64,000 bases of DNA from Fistulifera solaris (Eukaryota), in NCBI GenBank assembly GCA_030295235.1, contig AP026172.1:124001-188000 (forward strand), written 5' to 3'. The position numbers and the translations under genes are program-made. Below are positions 37,240-49,042 of the stretch, piece by piece (within the stretch, counting starts at the first letter, position 1; each line of letters starts with the position of its first letter). The notes beneath the pieces are model-generated. The model did no database searches, was not told where the DNA came from, and was given only the letters and a program-made list of their open reading frames with translations.

Positions 37240-37998
37240 ATGTCCGACAAAGACGCACTGAGCGATCAAACTTGTCCTACTACTGCAGAATCGATAGAGT
37301 CAAGAGAACACACGCTTCATATGCGACGCTCTTCCTTTGTACAAACGCGCAGTATTTTAGTTATCCCGACTCACGAAGAGAGCTTGGATGAAGAAATAAC
37401 AAACGTTCTGCGGAGAGAAGCGCGTGAACGAAGAGATGAGAAATTTGAAAAGGCAATGATTGCGAATCAAGGAGTTACGTTTGATAGCATCACGATTCGA
37501 GATTATCCTATGACGGTAGGCGACAATCCGAGCGTATCATCCGGCCCTCCTCTTACCATCGAATGGGATCACATGAGTGAAGTTACTTTGTCGCTCGATA
37601 GTTACGAAGAATCTAAACCGGCTCCGAGAAATGGTCGAGAAATGATTGTGCCTCGGTTGGCGCGAGAGAAAATATTCCGCGACGCTGGGTTTTCATACAA
37701 TCAGTTGATCCGGTTGACGAAACCAGTCAATGTGGCTCGATTACAACGGCGAAAGACGCATTCTACACTTGGACTCAGTCCTTGGCTCGAAGTATACGAA
37801 AAGGCGACGCGCAAAGCCAAGAATGTAATCAGTCTCGGCAAGAAGAAACGAGAAGAAAAGGAATTTCTCAGACCATGGTTACAGCGGCCGGTTTCCCTGG
37901 ACCGCTCGACGGATGGTTCCACCAGTAAGCGCACTAGTTCCATGAGCGATGTATTAGAGTTTGAACAAATGCCAGAAAGCTTATTGATTCAGAGTTAG
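37240..37998 (+). CDS. Hypothetical protein of a diatom-expanded family (GDNPS motif)
   Basis: VTFDSITIRDYPMTVGDNPSVSSGPPLTIEW...YEESKP motif; 252-aa ORF. Confidence 0.75.
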   Translation: MSDKDALSDQTCPTTAESIESREHTLHMRRSSFVQTRSILVIPTHEESLDEEITNVLRREARERRDEKFEKAMIANQGVTFDSITIRDYPMTVGDNPSVSSGPPLTIEWDHMSEVTLSLDSYEESKPAPRNGREMIVPRLAREKIFRDAGFSYNQLIRLTKPVNVARLQRRKTHSTLGLSPWLEVYEKATRKAKNVISLGKKKREEKEFLRPWLQRPVSLDRSTDGSTSKRTSSMSDVLEFEQMPESLLIQS

Positions 37999-38945
37999 CA
38001 ACTTCGCCTTTGGTTGCTCTGATGAAGACAAGCAAGATTGTATATTAAAAGGGCTTGCCCTAGCCCTTTATTTTGTAACATAATAATGCCTATAATCGAA
38101 GCTATTCCACGATGACCAAAGGTATTTTGAGTCTTTTACAGTTGACATACATTTACGTCGGCATCCTTTTCAAGGGAGATTAGTGTAGAAGGGGGAGATT
38201 CGCGACGTGAAAATCAATAGTCTAACACGAAATTCAGGCACATAGTGAGCCAGGGATAAATAAATAATATTCATGAATGCAACTCCATCATATATACGGA
38301 CCAAAGAGCTTCAGTAAGAAAGACCGTAAGACTATTTGGGAGAACTGAGAATGAAGTTGCTTTTGAGTCCGACAAATGAATCACATTTGGCTGGGACTTC
38401 ATAGTCGTGATCTTTTCCTCCGCTCCGCACGGTTGTTAATCAGCTCAAAGCAGCTCGTTCGGGAGTCCATGGTCTGAAGCAGCATTTATCTTACCCAATC
38501 GATTCTAAACGACGAAAATCGGTGCAAAGCGTGGTCTTTCATATTCACTGTTGCCACAAAGTGTAAATAATGACCTTTAGGAAGTTCCGGGACTGGAATT
38601 TAATTGAATCATCATCGGTAACCTTACTGTAAAGTTGCCCCCACAGATTAGAAGATACGGAGTACAAGTACCATAACGTTTCAATCATCATCTTACGGTG
38701 GCAGGCAAGACGGCCAGTGTCGAGCCAAGTTGAAACTTGAAACAGAAAGCTGCGGACTGTTTTTTCTTTCCGGACTACACCAGGTACACGACAGCAAAGT
38801 GTCATCCATTGCGAAGCAGAGAAGAAGGCAACCCTTTCCTTGTTTTATTGCGGTTCATCTTTTTAGATTCACAAAATCATCCTCTGCTGTGTTTCGTTGA
38901 AAGCGCTTTCGGCAAATGGTTTGAGGGATTACGAGTCTTTAAACG

Positions 38946-40195
38946 ATGAACTCTTTGCTTTTCTTCTTTACCCTGGTTGCAACTTGTTCTTTATCCGCTG
39001 TGAATGCATGGACTGCGTCACCAACACGGTATCCGAAGCATTCTTTCACAAAACTGCACGAAAGTGTCGCGATTGATGGGATCGTTTCGATTTCGGGAGA
39101 AGCAGAACCGGAAAATCACGATGTCGATCATCTCTCTTTGAAGATTCATAACAATCTCGAGCAGGATATTGTCACACCGTTCGATATCGCACGGCGGAAA
39201 GTCTCGGATGTCCTGGAACAGTCTTTTCGTCCCGAAAACTTCTCGAAAGAAAAAAATATTTAATGCACTTCTTTTAACGGCGAGTTTCGGATTTGCCGGT
39301 TACACCATACTCAATATTGATAGCGGCATGACGCGAGGATGGACACAAAATGAAATTGCGATGCGCATCCCTCTCGACAACTGGAACAATTATGAAACAA
39401 GTTTAGCAGAAAAGCCAATCTATACGAAAACAATGATCAATGTTATCATATATCTTTTGGGTGACTGGCTCAGTCAAACAATATTTCAAAAGAAAAATGT
39501 ACTCGACTTTGATGCTGGCCGGACCTTACGGAACGGTTTTATTGGGTTGTGCTTTGGACCTCTGGTGCACGAATACTATCAATTTAGTGACACTATTCTA
39601 CCATTGGATAGTCCGAATCCTCTTTTGACACGAGTGGAAAAGATCGTTATGGATCAAACAATCTATTTGTCGGTAAAAGCGTCTATCTATGTGGCCGCTG
39701 TAGCGCTGTTAGGTACGTTGAATGGTGTGCGATCTTTCTTGTGAACAAAAACCATCACTCATTCTTATTTTGGGTGTTTGCAACAATAGCGGGTGAGTCG
39801 ATGGAAACGGCCAAGACAAATGTCAAGGAACGGATTGTGGGGATTGTCACGACGGCGTGGAAATTCTGGCCTCTCGTTCATTGCCTCACCTACACAGTAG
39901 TTCCAGCACAACACCGTATCCTGTGGGTGAACTGCGTAGATTTGTTCTGGAACGCTATATTAGCATCCATGACGGGCGCTAAGTCAAACAACAATTCTAA
40001 TGGTGATACCGTTCAGTCCGAAAAAGCAATTCAAACGAAGGTCCTGAGCTCCGCAATGCTATTGAAGCAAGAACTGGTTTCCGTCAACACCGAAGATTCG
40101 CTCTTTTCGTGAATTCGACAGGTACTTTGTTAGCCTCTTCTACGCTCGTGAGCACAAACAGTACGGTGGAAGTAATTAGCGGTGAAGAAGAATAG
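38946..40195 (+). CDS. Mpv17/PMP22 family membrane protein, probably plastid-targeted
   Basis: Signal peptide ...VNAW; KPIYTKTMINVIIYLLGDWLSQ; KIVMDQTIY; AWKFWPLVHCLTYTVVP; indel at ~39250; intron ~39713-39789; stop at 40112 or 40195. Confidence 0.85.
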
Positions 40196-40473
40196 GGTTG
40201 TCCTCAACTGCGATTCCCCTCTGCGATTAAGTCCGCATGCACAAACGCATCACTGCAATGAACATCTTAGTATTGTAACTGTACTATTAATCTTTTCCTA
40301 TCCAACACCTCTGAACATGTCACGAACATAGTGATCCAAATAAGCTGTAGAATGTTTCTATTTTATTCTATTTGTTGATTTATCTACTGTTGCTTGTCGA
40401 CATTGATTTTATGCAAAAACTCGGGAAAGCGGTGAAGCATCGTCGATTGTACCATCCTCATCTCATTGACTAT

Positions 40474-41361
40474 TTACGCGGAGACAGCTTGTTCCAACGC
40501 CAAGGCGTCTTCGGCAATGTGTTCTGTCGCCATGGGAAGCAATGTTGTACGGAATCGACTCTTCCATATCAAAGAAAAGTCCTGTAGTTGCTCGGAACTG
40601 ACAAAGGTCCCTTGATCTCCCAGAGCACCCCGTACCCAGTCTACCATTTGCACGAGTTCGTTGTTGGGAATACCTAGTACCTTGCACATTTGGGTACGCA
40701 ATTGTTCGGAGATGGATGTGCCTCGATTGGATTCCACGGCTATGAGAACGGAGGCTACCAGGAGACGATGAACCGTGCGGGGCATGCAGTACGGACAGGG
40801 ACTATGCCCGTCACTACGCGGTGTCTCTACCGAGCAAGCCCGATCCATGAAAATCATCGCCAGAGCTAATTCTGTGGAAGACATTGTATCTTCAGAGTCA
40901 CTGCCGACGACAGACACCAGAGTGTGCAAGTACTGTGAAAGTTCGGGTCCCCATCGACGGGCACCTTTCGCGTTTCCTTCGTAAGGACGCTTCGCGTGAT
41001 AAACCGATATTGTATCAGAGACCGCGTTACTGGGATTTGGTGTAGATGCTATGCGATACACCGTTGCTTGACCTCCACGCAACGCATCTTTCGACTGGGG
41101 GAGCTCTTCCGTTTCGTCACGTATTCTTTGCACTCCAAATGCGTGTTGAGATGCCAAGAATAACCGGCGATTCATTTCGCCCGTCCATCGCAGAGCCAGT
41201 GCTACTTCTTCTACTTGATTTGGTAATGAGGAAGTTCTTCGTTGCAGATGCGGGAGGGGAATCTCTCGGACGCTAGATACCTCAGCTAAGGATGAGCTCC
41301 ACGAAGACGACAATAGCAGTAACGCGAAACATGATTTCGATAGGATTCTCATGATGATCAA
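40474..41361 (-). CDS. Signal-peptide protein with a PHO80/cyclin-P-like box
   Basis: N-terminal signal peptide; ELALAMIFMDRAC...RTVHRLLVASVLIA...KVLGIPNNELVQM resembles the PHO80-type cyclin fold. Confidence 0.6.
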   Translation of the reverse strand: MIIMRILSKSCFALLLLSSSWSSSLAEVSSVREIPLPHLQRRTSSLPNQVEEVALALRWTGEMNRRLFLASQHAFGVQRIRDETEELPQSKDALRGGQATVYRIASTPNPSNAVSDTISVYHAKRPYEGNAKGARRWGPELSQYLHTLVSVVGSDSEDTMSSTELALAMIFMDRACSVETPRSDGHSPCPYCMPRTVHRLLVASVLIAVESNRGTSISEQLRTQMCKVLGIPNNELVQMVDWVRGALGDQGTFVSSEQLQDFSLIWKSRFRTTLLPMATEHIAEDALALEQAVSA

Positions 41362-41954
41362 TCTGTTCGTTCAAACTAGTAATGGGTTTGTTGTTGGGAT
41401 TATTGTGGCTTTTGGAGGGGGAATAAAAGGCGTTTATTCCGATTTCATGGCCAAATGCCCGATGCACGAAATTTTCAAACGCGGAGTCGCGCTACCCGAA
41501 ACGGCACAAACCTCCCCCGCGACTTGTCCGTTGAGCATCTGTTCCGGTACTCAAACAGTATTTGGTCGGAGTCTTGAAAATAATTTTGTTCGTGAGACGA
41601 CTCACTGTATGATGGAGTGTTGGAGAATGGGGTGCGAGTGTGACAAAGGCAGTCCAGAACATGGACAGTGGTTATGTTGAACTGTACAACAATACAAAGT
41701 ACACGAGACGATGAAAAGCACAACGACAATGACCAACGAACTCGAGTGCTTTTACTCGTAAGCGGATCTATGTTTTTATTCAACGAGAATACTGCGATTT
41801 CTTTACTTTCTTTTGATGCTAGATTTAATGAGTCGCATCATTTCCTTCATCTGCTTTTTTAAGGCATCAACGAAAGGGGGTTGTGAGTCTATTTAAGGAA
41901 CTTTATCAATAAGGGGACGATCAGAATTAGAAGTAAATAGAGTAGCATGTGGTG

Positions 41955-42182
41955 TCTTTACGTGCCAAGAAAATATGGGCTTGTGGTGTTTTTGGGTTTT
42001 GTCCTCAGAAATTCTGGGGATGTGGCGTTTTGAAGTCACAGAAAATCTGTGTATTCAGTGACTTCACGTGCCCAGAATATCTGGGAACTGGGAACGTTGT
42101 GTTTTCACGTGTCCAGTAATTCTGGGTGTGTGTTTCGTCACCCCAGAAAATCTGTGAATGTTCTGATAACTTTACGTGCACT
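41955..42182. repeat. Array of ~6 imperfect palindromes (CCCAGA-N3-TCTGGG type) interspersed with CACGTG/TACGTG
   Basis: ccaagaaaatatggg, tcagaaattctggg, cacagaaaatctgtg, cccagaatatctggg, ccagtaattctggg and cccagaaaatctgtg within ~230 bp. Confidence 0.75.
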
Positions 42183-43543
42183 TTGAATCGGAAAGTGACG
42201 ATCAGATCGGCGTGAAATTGAAAGGAAAACAAAAAAAAATACTTGGAGTAAAGATAGAAAGCCGTTCGACAGTTCGACAGTGAAATACAATGTGTCACAG
42301 GTTCAGCTTGTTAATTAAGTACCGTTTCAACTTAATTGAGAGCTTGTATTGATACTGGTCCGGAACGATGAATTCAGATGGCTGCTCTGCGAAGGCCAAA
42401 TGCTCGCTACGGTTCTGTAGAGTGGAGATAGACTAGCAGTGTAACTAGGAGCTCAACTGAATGTAATGACCTTTACCGATTTGATGGTATCGCCAGGAAC
42501 TGAGTTGGAGAGGCACTTTTAACATTACAAGGGGCCGAACATGGAATGTTGGTGGGTGGAGCTATTAAAACGAAAGGGGTAAATATTGCGCAGAGGCGAT
42601 CGACATCATTAGTTTTTGACGAGGTATCAGGCATGTCAGCTTCTTCGCTCATGCAATCCGTCCCACCAGTGGTCGCCGTTGCATCGTGGCCAGCAGCTGA
42701 GTGTTTGAATATAGTCTCACAAAGTCTTCACTAGTTTTCTGATTGACCGCAACAATTTGGGCTGAAGAGCAGTCGGATGTGGATGCAACAATTGAGTCAC
42801 AAAGCTCTATTCGACTTCAAACCAGATTTTTCATAGCTTCAATCATCTTCGTCTCATTGACAAGTTGATTCAGTTTCCTTTCATTGGTGTCCATAGGTCC
42901 AATGTCAGGTGCCTCGGTATCTTGGCCCATCCAGAAAAGTGGCTCATTGGGGAAACATCCGTCACAATGCACGGTCTACGCAAAGGGACACCGCATCATA
43001 TCGCGAAATTCCTCAAGGAGTATAGGTTCACAGAAAAAGCCTGCGTCGGATACTGGTAGGACGTAACCTGTGACCAGTCTCTCGAAAAGGTAAAATTGCA
43101 ACCTAGGAGATCTTTATAAGCCAGAACAAAGGCGTCGTTGGAAGCCAGACTGTCTAACTTGCTTTGAAATCTTACAAATAAAATGCTACTTGATCTACTT
43201 GCAGAATTTGAACGATAAAGGTCTAAACGACGTCTAAAGCCGTTGTTGTGCGATAAGGAAACCACAGCTTAGAGTATATCTTTCGTTGCGACTCCTCATG
43301 AGAACGCTTGGATAATTGTAGAAGAACAAAAAAATTTTAGGAGCTCAGCAGTTCCTTGAAAAGAGTAATAATCCCCGACTGGATTCAGTCACGAAAGATG
43401 AGACTCGAGTTGTTTTGATTTTTGACTCTTCAGGTACGAGAAGCGTCAACATAAAACCAATTGCTTTCGTTTTCGTCCAAGTTGATTATTACTCTTTGCC
43501 TGCAAGCTATTAAAACCAATATCAAGAAATACTCGTCGGTATT

Positions 43544-45094
43544 ATGACGGCTTGTGTTCCTGCTTTCCGAGGGCCGCATGTTGTTACTTGCTGCTGGCTA
43601 GCCACCTTATTTCTGTTGCCGTCATCATCGAATGCATTATTTCTATCGACCAACCGGCGCTGCAACAGAAACGGCAAAATACCAATAAGAAGTAAAATTT
43701 TTCCTTCCATGTGCGATCGAAATGCGTGCTTCACGGAATTTTGGAGACTGAGAGGTGGAGCACTTTCAGATGATCATGAGAACAACGCATCCTCGTCGTG
43801 GAGAAAGAATCCGAATTCAACTCAGCGAGGCATGTCAGTATCATTGGCAGTGACATATCTAACTGTCATGGGAGCGAAGTGCGCCCTGCCGTCGGTCCTT
43901 TCTTTATTGACGGCGCCATCGACCGGACTAACTTTTCCAGTCGGAAAAGTGCCTTCCGAGCTGATTGCGAAACAACTCACGCTATCGACCATGGCTATAG
44001 CTGTCGGGAAATTAGTGCTAGGGCCGGTCATTGACTATTATGGCGGGGTCTTGTCTCTCAAAGTTGCCTTACTTGCACTGGCAGCGGCCATGGGAATCAT
44101 TTCATCGAGTCAGTCGTTTCATGTGTTCGCCGTGGCATGGATCTGTGTCGATTTCATCTTCAGCTCCTGTTGGGCAGCTTGCATTCATGCCATTCATCAA
44201 ACCTTCCCTTCTCAACAGTGGGCAACACAGATTGGATACCTGGCTGCGGCAGCGCGGACAGGGAATGCGTTGGCGTTCACATTGTTCGCGTGGGTACTAC
44301 ATATTGCCCAGCCGTTCACACGACAAGCTTGGAGGCCGGTTTTTGGCCTCGCGGCGATGTTGCAATTTGTACCGGTATTTCTCCTAACATTCTTTGGGGA
44401 TTCACCACAAACGCCCATTCATGTGGTACAAAGACCGACCTTGGTGGAATCATTGAAAACCGTTCGACACGAGGCGACGACAATAGATTTCTGGTTGCAA
44501 CTGATCAACCGATCCGCTCTGATGGTGTTTGCTTCATTTCTGCTCTTTATCCCAACGTTAATGACGCAAGTATACGGAACTACTCCTGCCGTAGCTTCTC
44601 AAGTCGGTTCTTTGTTTGCACTCGGGTGTCTATTGTCGGTAACAAGCGGATCGGCTGTATATCCCACCCTACCTTGGACGGGGAAGCTAAAAATGACGAC
44701 AGCGCTGTTGGTAACAGGCATATTTAGCTCAATGGGTCAATTAGGACATGTTTCTGGTTGGTGGAGATTAAACACGACAATAAGCTCGACGCTACTATTT
44801 CTATGGGGCCTGGCGGTAGCCATTCCGTTCTACCTTCCTTCGTCTTTGTATGCTCTTGCAAAAGGCCGATCTTCGGCAACCATCGTCGACATGTTTGATA
44901 TTGGCAGCTTCTTGTTGCTTTCGTTCTTCAATGGATACGTTGCAAGCTTGCGACACTCGGATCCAGCGGCGTGGGTAGGAACATTCCAGCTAACAACACT
45001 ATGTGCAATAACGTCGCTCTTTTCTCTATCGCTCAGTTACTGGAGAGAAGGACAAACAAAACGATACAGGACAAAAAGTATAAAATCTGCATAG
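43544..45094 (+). CDS. Major facilitator superfamily transporter with N-terminal presequence
   Basis: About 12 hydrophobic segments; MFS motif-A-like GKLVLGPVIDYYGG; signal peptide ...SSNALF. Confidence 0.85.
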   Translation: MTACVPAFRGPHVVTCCWLATLFLLPSSSNALFLSTNRRCNRNGKIPIRSKIFPSMCDRNACFTEFWRLRGGALSDDHENNASSSWRKNPNSTQRGMSVSLAVTYLTVMGAKCALPSVLSLLTAPSTGLTFPVGKVPSELIAKQLTLSTMAIAVGKLVLGPVIDYYGGVLSLKVALLALAAAMGIISSSQSFHVFAVAWICVDFIFSSCWAACIHAIHQTFPSQQWATQIGYLAAAARTGNALAFTLFAWVLHIAQPFTRQAWRPVFGLAAMLQFVPVFLLTFFGDSPQTPIHVVQRPTLVESLKTVRHEATTIDFWLQLINRSALMVFASFLLFIPTLMTQVYGTTPAVASQVGSLFALGCLLSVTSGSAVYPTLPWTGKLKMTTALLVTGIFSSMGQLGHVSGWWRLNTTISSTLLFLWGLAVAIPFYLPSSLYALAKGRSSATIVDMFDIGSFLLLSFFNGYVASLRHSDPAAWVGTFQLTTLCAITSLFSLSLSYWREGQTKRYRTKSIKSA

Positions 45095-45366
45095 AAGATA
45101 AACATGTTGAATTTTAAATATACTACTCCGTATCTTGTTACAAATTATCACCATTTCGTCATGTAACATTCGTCAAACCTAACTCGTTCCACAGTCATTA
45201 GGTGACGAAGCTATGATAAAACATTAAAAGCTCTCAAACACACACATCTTCATAGACTAGGCCATCATTCTTTCATCCCCTCCCTTTTGTCTCTCAATCG
45301 GGACTCGCATCATTCGTCCCTAGGCATGTCGAGTCCGGCGTATGACGCTTCTATTGTATTTGTCGC

Positions 45367-46668
45367 TCATTCCTTCGTCCGCTCGTTCTTATCGTCCTTG
45401 TGAAGAGTCAACTCGCCCATCTTTTGAATCGTCTCCAACAGAGTCGTTTTACCGCGGTCTCCTTTCTTCTCTGTCCCGGAACTTTCCTTCAATGGCACCA
45501 ATGGCGGGAATTCATCCGTTTTCTTTTTGCGAGACTTGCCACCCTTCCTACCCCGATACTGAGTTCGTCGGAAACGGGGATCTGGTGTAGACTCGTGAAC
45601 CGATGGTGCTACCGGAGTCTCCTCTAGTGGCTTCAACACAACGTCCTGAGGTTCGTTGCTGTCGCTCGCAGCAGAAGGAGCTCCCGACGGAGTCACGGGC
45701 GTAGGCGCATAAGCCCACGCATACACGGGTGTTGCGGTCGACGTAGGATACGGCACGGCCACCATTCCCTTTGCGCCGTCTCCAAAACGCTTGGCGGATA
45801 GGCGGTCGCATAGTAAACTTGTTCCCCCCTGTGGATACGCAATGGGCTGATACATCATCGTAGCCGGTGTGGGCGACGCTCCCATCCATTCACAGACCAA
45901 AGGGCCGCCGCCGCCGCGTTTGAAATTCCGTTTCGCGAGCATGTCCATGGACGCACGGGCCTCACTTTCCGTAAAAAAGCTCAATTTCCAAGTGAGTGGC
46001 ATGATCTTTTCCAGCGTTACGGGTACGATAGGAGTGAATCCTTCCGGAATGGTGCGATTCTCAAACGCCAACCACTTTTTCAAGAGCTTATCACCAATGG
46101 CATCGGGGACACCTTGGACCGTGATCCATACCTTGTGATCTTCCTCTTCGTCCGCGGAAGGATTGAGTGTACTCGCAAAGGACGTCGGAGAGACGGTTGC
46201 CAACGTCCGGGTCGACGCATCTTCGCCTGCCATCGTTTTCACGACCAGTTCCTGCGGCGGATACCCCACGAACCGTTGCGGAGTGTGCGGCGGAACGACT
46301 CCATACTGTACACGATAGTGCGGATGCACCAAATACATCCCCTCGACAAATACGGTGTGACTGTTCATGGCAACGGCCCGTCGCAACAGATTCGGATCCG
46401 CCGGAGGCAAGGTATATGGATCCGTATGATACATCACCGCCGGTCCCAAAAAGGTCTGCGCCACAATCTTCTTGATCATGGGAAACGACGCAATGACTTC
46501 GATGGGAACGGCTCCGTTGTTTTGATACAGCAGAGTGCGCAAGTAGTCATCACGACCTAAATTTTGCGGAGAAAAGTAAAAGTCAATCTGCTGTTGGAGT
46601 TGTTGTAACAAGAAATCGTCGGGAAAGCTCATTGTGGTAGGCGGAGAAGGACCGTGGTGCGTTTGCAT
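45367..46668 (-). CDS. La-motif (LARP-like) RNA-binding protein
   Basis: LQQQIDFYFSPQNLGRDDYLRTLL...GAVPIEVIASFPMIKK La motif, followed by an RRM-like segment. Confidence 0.85.
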   Translation of the reverse strand: MQTHHGPSPPTTMSFPDDFLLQQLQQQIDFYFSPQNLGRDDYLRTLLYQNNGAVPIEVIASFPMIKKIVAQTFLGPAVMYHTDPYTLPPADPNLLRRAVAMNSHTVFVEGMYLVHPHYRVQYGVVPPHTPQRFVGYPPQELVVKTMAGEDASTRTLATVSPTSFASTLNPSADEEEDHKVWITVQGVPDAIGDKLLKKWLAFENRTIPEGFTPIVPVTLEKIMPLTWKLSFFTESEARASMDMLAKRNFKRGGGGPLVCEWMGASPTPATMMYQPIAYPQGGTSLLCDRLSAKRFGDGAKGMVAVPYPTSTATPVYAWAYAPTPVTPSGAPSAASDSNEPQDVVLKPLEETPVAPSVHESTPDPRFRRTQYRGRKGGKSRKKKTDEFPPLVPLKESSGTEKKGDRGKTTLLETIQKMGELTLHKDDKNERTKE

Positions 46669-47557
46669 CTTTTGTGAATTATTTTCTAGTGTATTTTTTT
46701 AATGTTTATGAATATGTATCTGTAGAAATGCGAGAAAAAGAGGAAGTTCTTTGAGACGTGTGCTGTAAAGGTAAAAAAATACAAATCACAATGACATTGA
46801 CAAAAAGCGACCGGCAACAATCTCTCACATCTGTAGAAGCACTTACTGTTTTGCAAGGATTTTGAAAGAAAGTTGAAGCGAAAACGAGTTTTACAGCAGC
46901 AATGGGGTTCGTTGCAGATGCTATCTAGATGAACACAAGACGATCAATCGTGTCCAATCGTGACAATGCGAACACGAGCACTTGCAAGAAAGCGTTCCGA
47001 CAATGTTTTATATGAAGAAGAGAGAGATCAGTAAGCAGACCGAAACTATGAAATGAATGAAGGTGTTTCCAAGGAAGGGATGATACGACTGCTTGAGACT
47101 GAAACGAATGAGAAACAAGTGATCGATCTCAACCATCAATGAGAGGAAAAAGATGACAATGGGAATGACGTCGTGAACCGCGCGCTTTCCGTGTTGCGCT
47201 TTTCTGTACCTATCCAAACTCGTCCGCAAGAGTGTATTGTCGAGAATCAAGTACAAGCCACGGGAACGACAAGGAACCGAAAACGAAAGGGATGGCTTGC
47301 GCGCAGATACTTAGGCCAACGGAGAGCCTCGTGACATCAACAGCTGAGCTTCTACGGGCGCCAAGAGCGCCCGCCAGCACTTCAACTGGGAATGAATGAA
47401 TCCGAGATCGTGATTGAAAATGAAACAATGGTAACCAAGCTTGAACGTTCAGCTATGGTTAAGGACAGGATCACCCTCGACACTTGACACCATCGCTACA
47501 ATTGAAAAGTTATTTGGTAGGTTTGTTCTGTTTTTAACTATAAAATTTTAACGCTCT

Positions 47558-49042
47558 CTAACTCTTCCGCTTGACCTTGCGTTGGGGTACCGTCACTTTT
47601 GTTTTCGTACCTCGGGGTATTGAAGGAATGATTTTTGTTTCCGTCGGAAATTCTCCGCGATTGGCTTTTTCCATGACTTGGGGAGAGATGCTGGGCATGT
47701 ATTCACGGTCGAGCGTCGATGATTGCAATTTCATTTGGTGTTCCAGTTCTTGTTGCTGCAAAAGAAACTGCTCTTGCAATTGCCAAATGGGTGCCGATAT
47801 ACCATGAATAAAAGGACCGGCTGGCATTGGCATATTCATAGTCGGTGTACGTGGAATTTCATTGCCGAAGCGAAGATCCAAAGGCACGATTTTCCGCTTA
47901 CTGTTCTCCGTTCTCGCTACTCGAATGGATGTGGGTCGATAATTTCCAGCAAACGAAACTTCAAAATCACGAGCTAAAATACCGTGCTTGCCCAAAACAG
48001 GACCATCTCCCCGTAATTTTCGAGCTTCTTGTTCCAACTGTTTCAATTGAATGAATTTTTGTGCATACACGGCTTCGGGTGGTGGTGCCAATAGACTGGG
48101 TAGACCCACCAGTTGTCGAAAGGATTCGGTCCGTAGTGCCGCACTTTGGACCGCCGTATAAATAAAACTCGTTACCAAATAAATTTGTATGCCGGCAGGT
48201 AATTGAGAAGAAAAACAGGGCATGAACACTGCAAAAGATTGAAAAATATCTTTCAGCAAGGCAGCCGTGTCGGATTTGCTCGCCGCTTCTCCCGACAAGG
48301 TCCGCTTCCCCACCGCTACTTCGACATTCGCATACAAACACAAGCCCGCCAACACGGGCAATCCAAACCACGGATCTGGTTCGGTCAAATCCGGAATCCA
48401 CGCAATTGGAGCATCGACCAATTCCTGTGCGAGCGCCGGATCACGGCCATTGACGATTTTGCGTAAATCCGTCGACACATACCAAAAGATCGGTACTTGC
48501 AGCAGCGGACTTAGAAAAATAGCAAAGGGATGGATGTTGTGCAGTTTATAAATGCCACTGAGAGTGGATAAATTGGTCCGCATCAACGCGTATCGCTCCA
48601 ACACTGTCCCGCCCTGCTTGTCGCGTAATTTTTTTAGGTCATTTTGAAACAAGGTAAGTAGAAACTGCACCTCGGGGACCACTTTAGCAAATCGAGATGA
48701 TGTCTTTGCTCCGTAAATAACGACAGGGATGAGTGCGGTCCGCACGAGAACACTCATTACGGCAAAACAGGCCCAGTAAGGAACGTCTCCCGCATGCAAA
48801 AACTGCAACATGTAACCACTGCCGCCCCACACTGACACATTTTGTAACGCTTCGGGAACCCAAGAAGAGGTCGACATGTGTCGTGCTGGTTTATCTTGTA
48901 GTAAAGGCGAGTTCCAGAGCGGGGAAGAGGACAAGACGCTGACGTGTTGTGGGACGATCGCCCATTGCGCCGATCCGATGCGCCGTGCGGCAAAGCAAAT
49001 CATCGATTGTTGCGCTTTCGACGCAGCAGAGAGACGTATCAT
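47558..49042 (-). CDS. Mitochondrial Oxa1/Cox18 (YidC family) membrane insertase
   Basis: Mitochondrial-type presequence; LVRTALIP; PLLQVPIFW; WIPDLTEPDPWFGLPVL; QLPAGIQIYLVTS. Confidence 0.9.
   Translation of the reverse strand: MIRLSAASKAQQSMICFAARRIGSAQWAIVPQHVSVLSSSPLWNSPLLQDKPARHMSTSSWVPEALQNVSVWGGSGYMLQFLHAGDVPYWACFAVMSVLVRTALIPVVIYGAKTSSRFAKVVPEVQFLLTLFQNDLKKLRDKQGGTVLERYALMRTNLSTLSGIYKLHNIHPFAIFLSPLLQVPIFWYVSTDLRKIVNGRDPALAQELVDAPIAWIPDLTEPDPWFGLPVLAGLCLYANVEVAVGKRTLSGEAASKSDTAALLKDIFQSFAVFMPCFSSQLPAGIQIYLVTSFIYTAVQSAALRTESFRQLVGLPSLLAPPPEAVYAQKFIQLKQLEQEARKLRGDGPVLGKHGILARDFEVSFAGNYRPTSIRVARTENSKRKIVPLDLRFGNEIPRTPTMNMPMPAGPFIHGISAPIWQLQEQFLLQQQELEHQMKLQSSTLDREYMPSISPQVMEKANRGEFPTETKIIPSIPRGTKTKVTVPQRKVKRKS

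Noticed and set aside
41955..42182. CRISPR-like array
   Set aside because: The repeats are degenerate, the spacers resemble each other, the context is eukaryotic and there are no cas genes
47270..47400. GC-rich hairpin gggcgccaagagcgccc as a possible ncRNA
   Set aside because: A single short stem with no tRNA, snRNA or snoRNA signature that I can support
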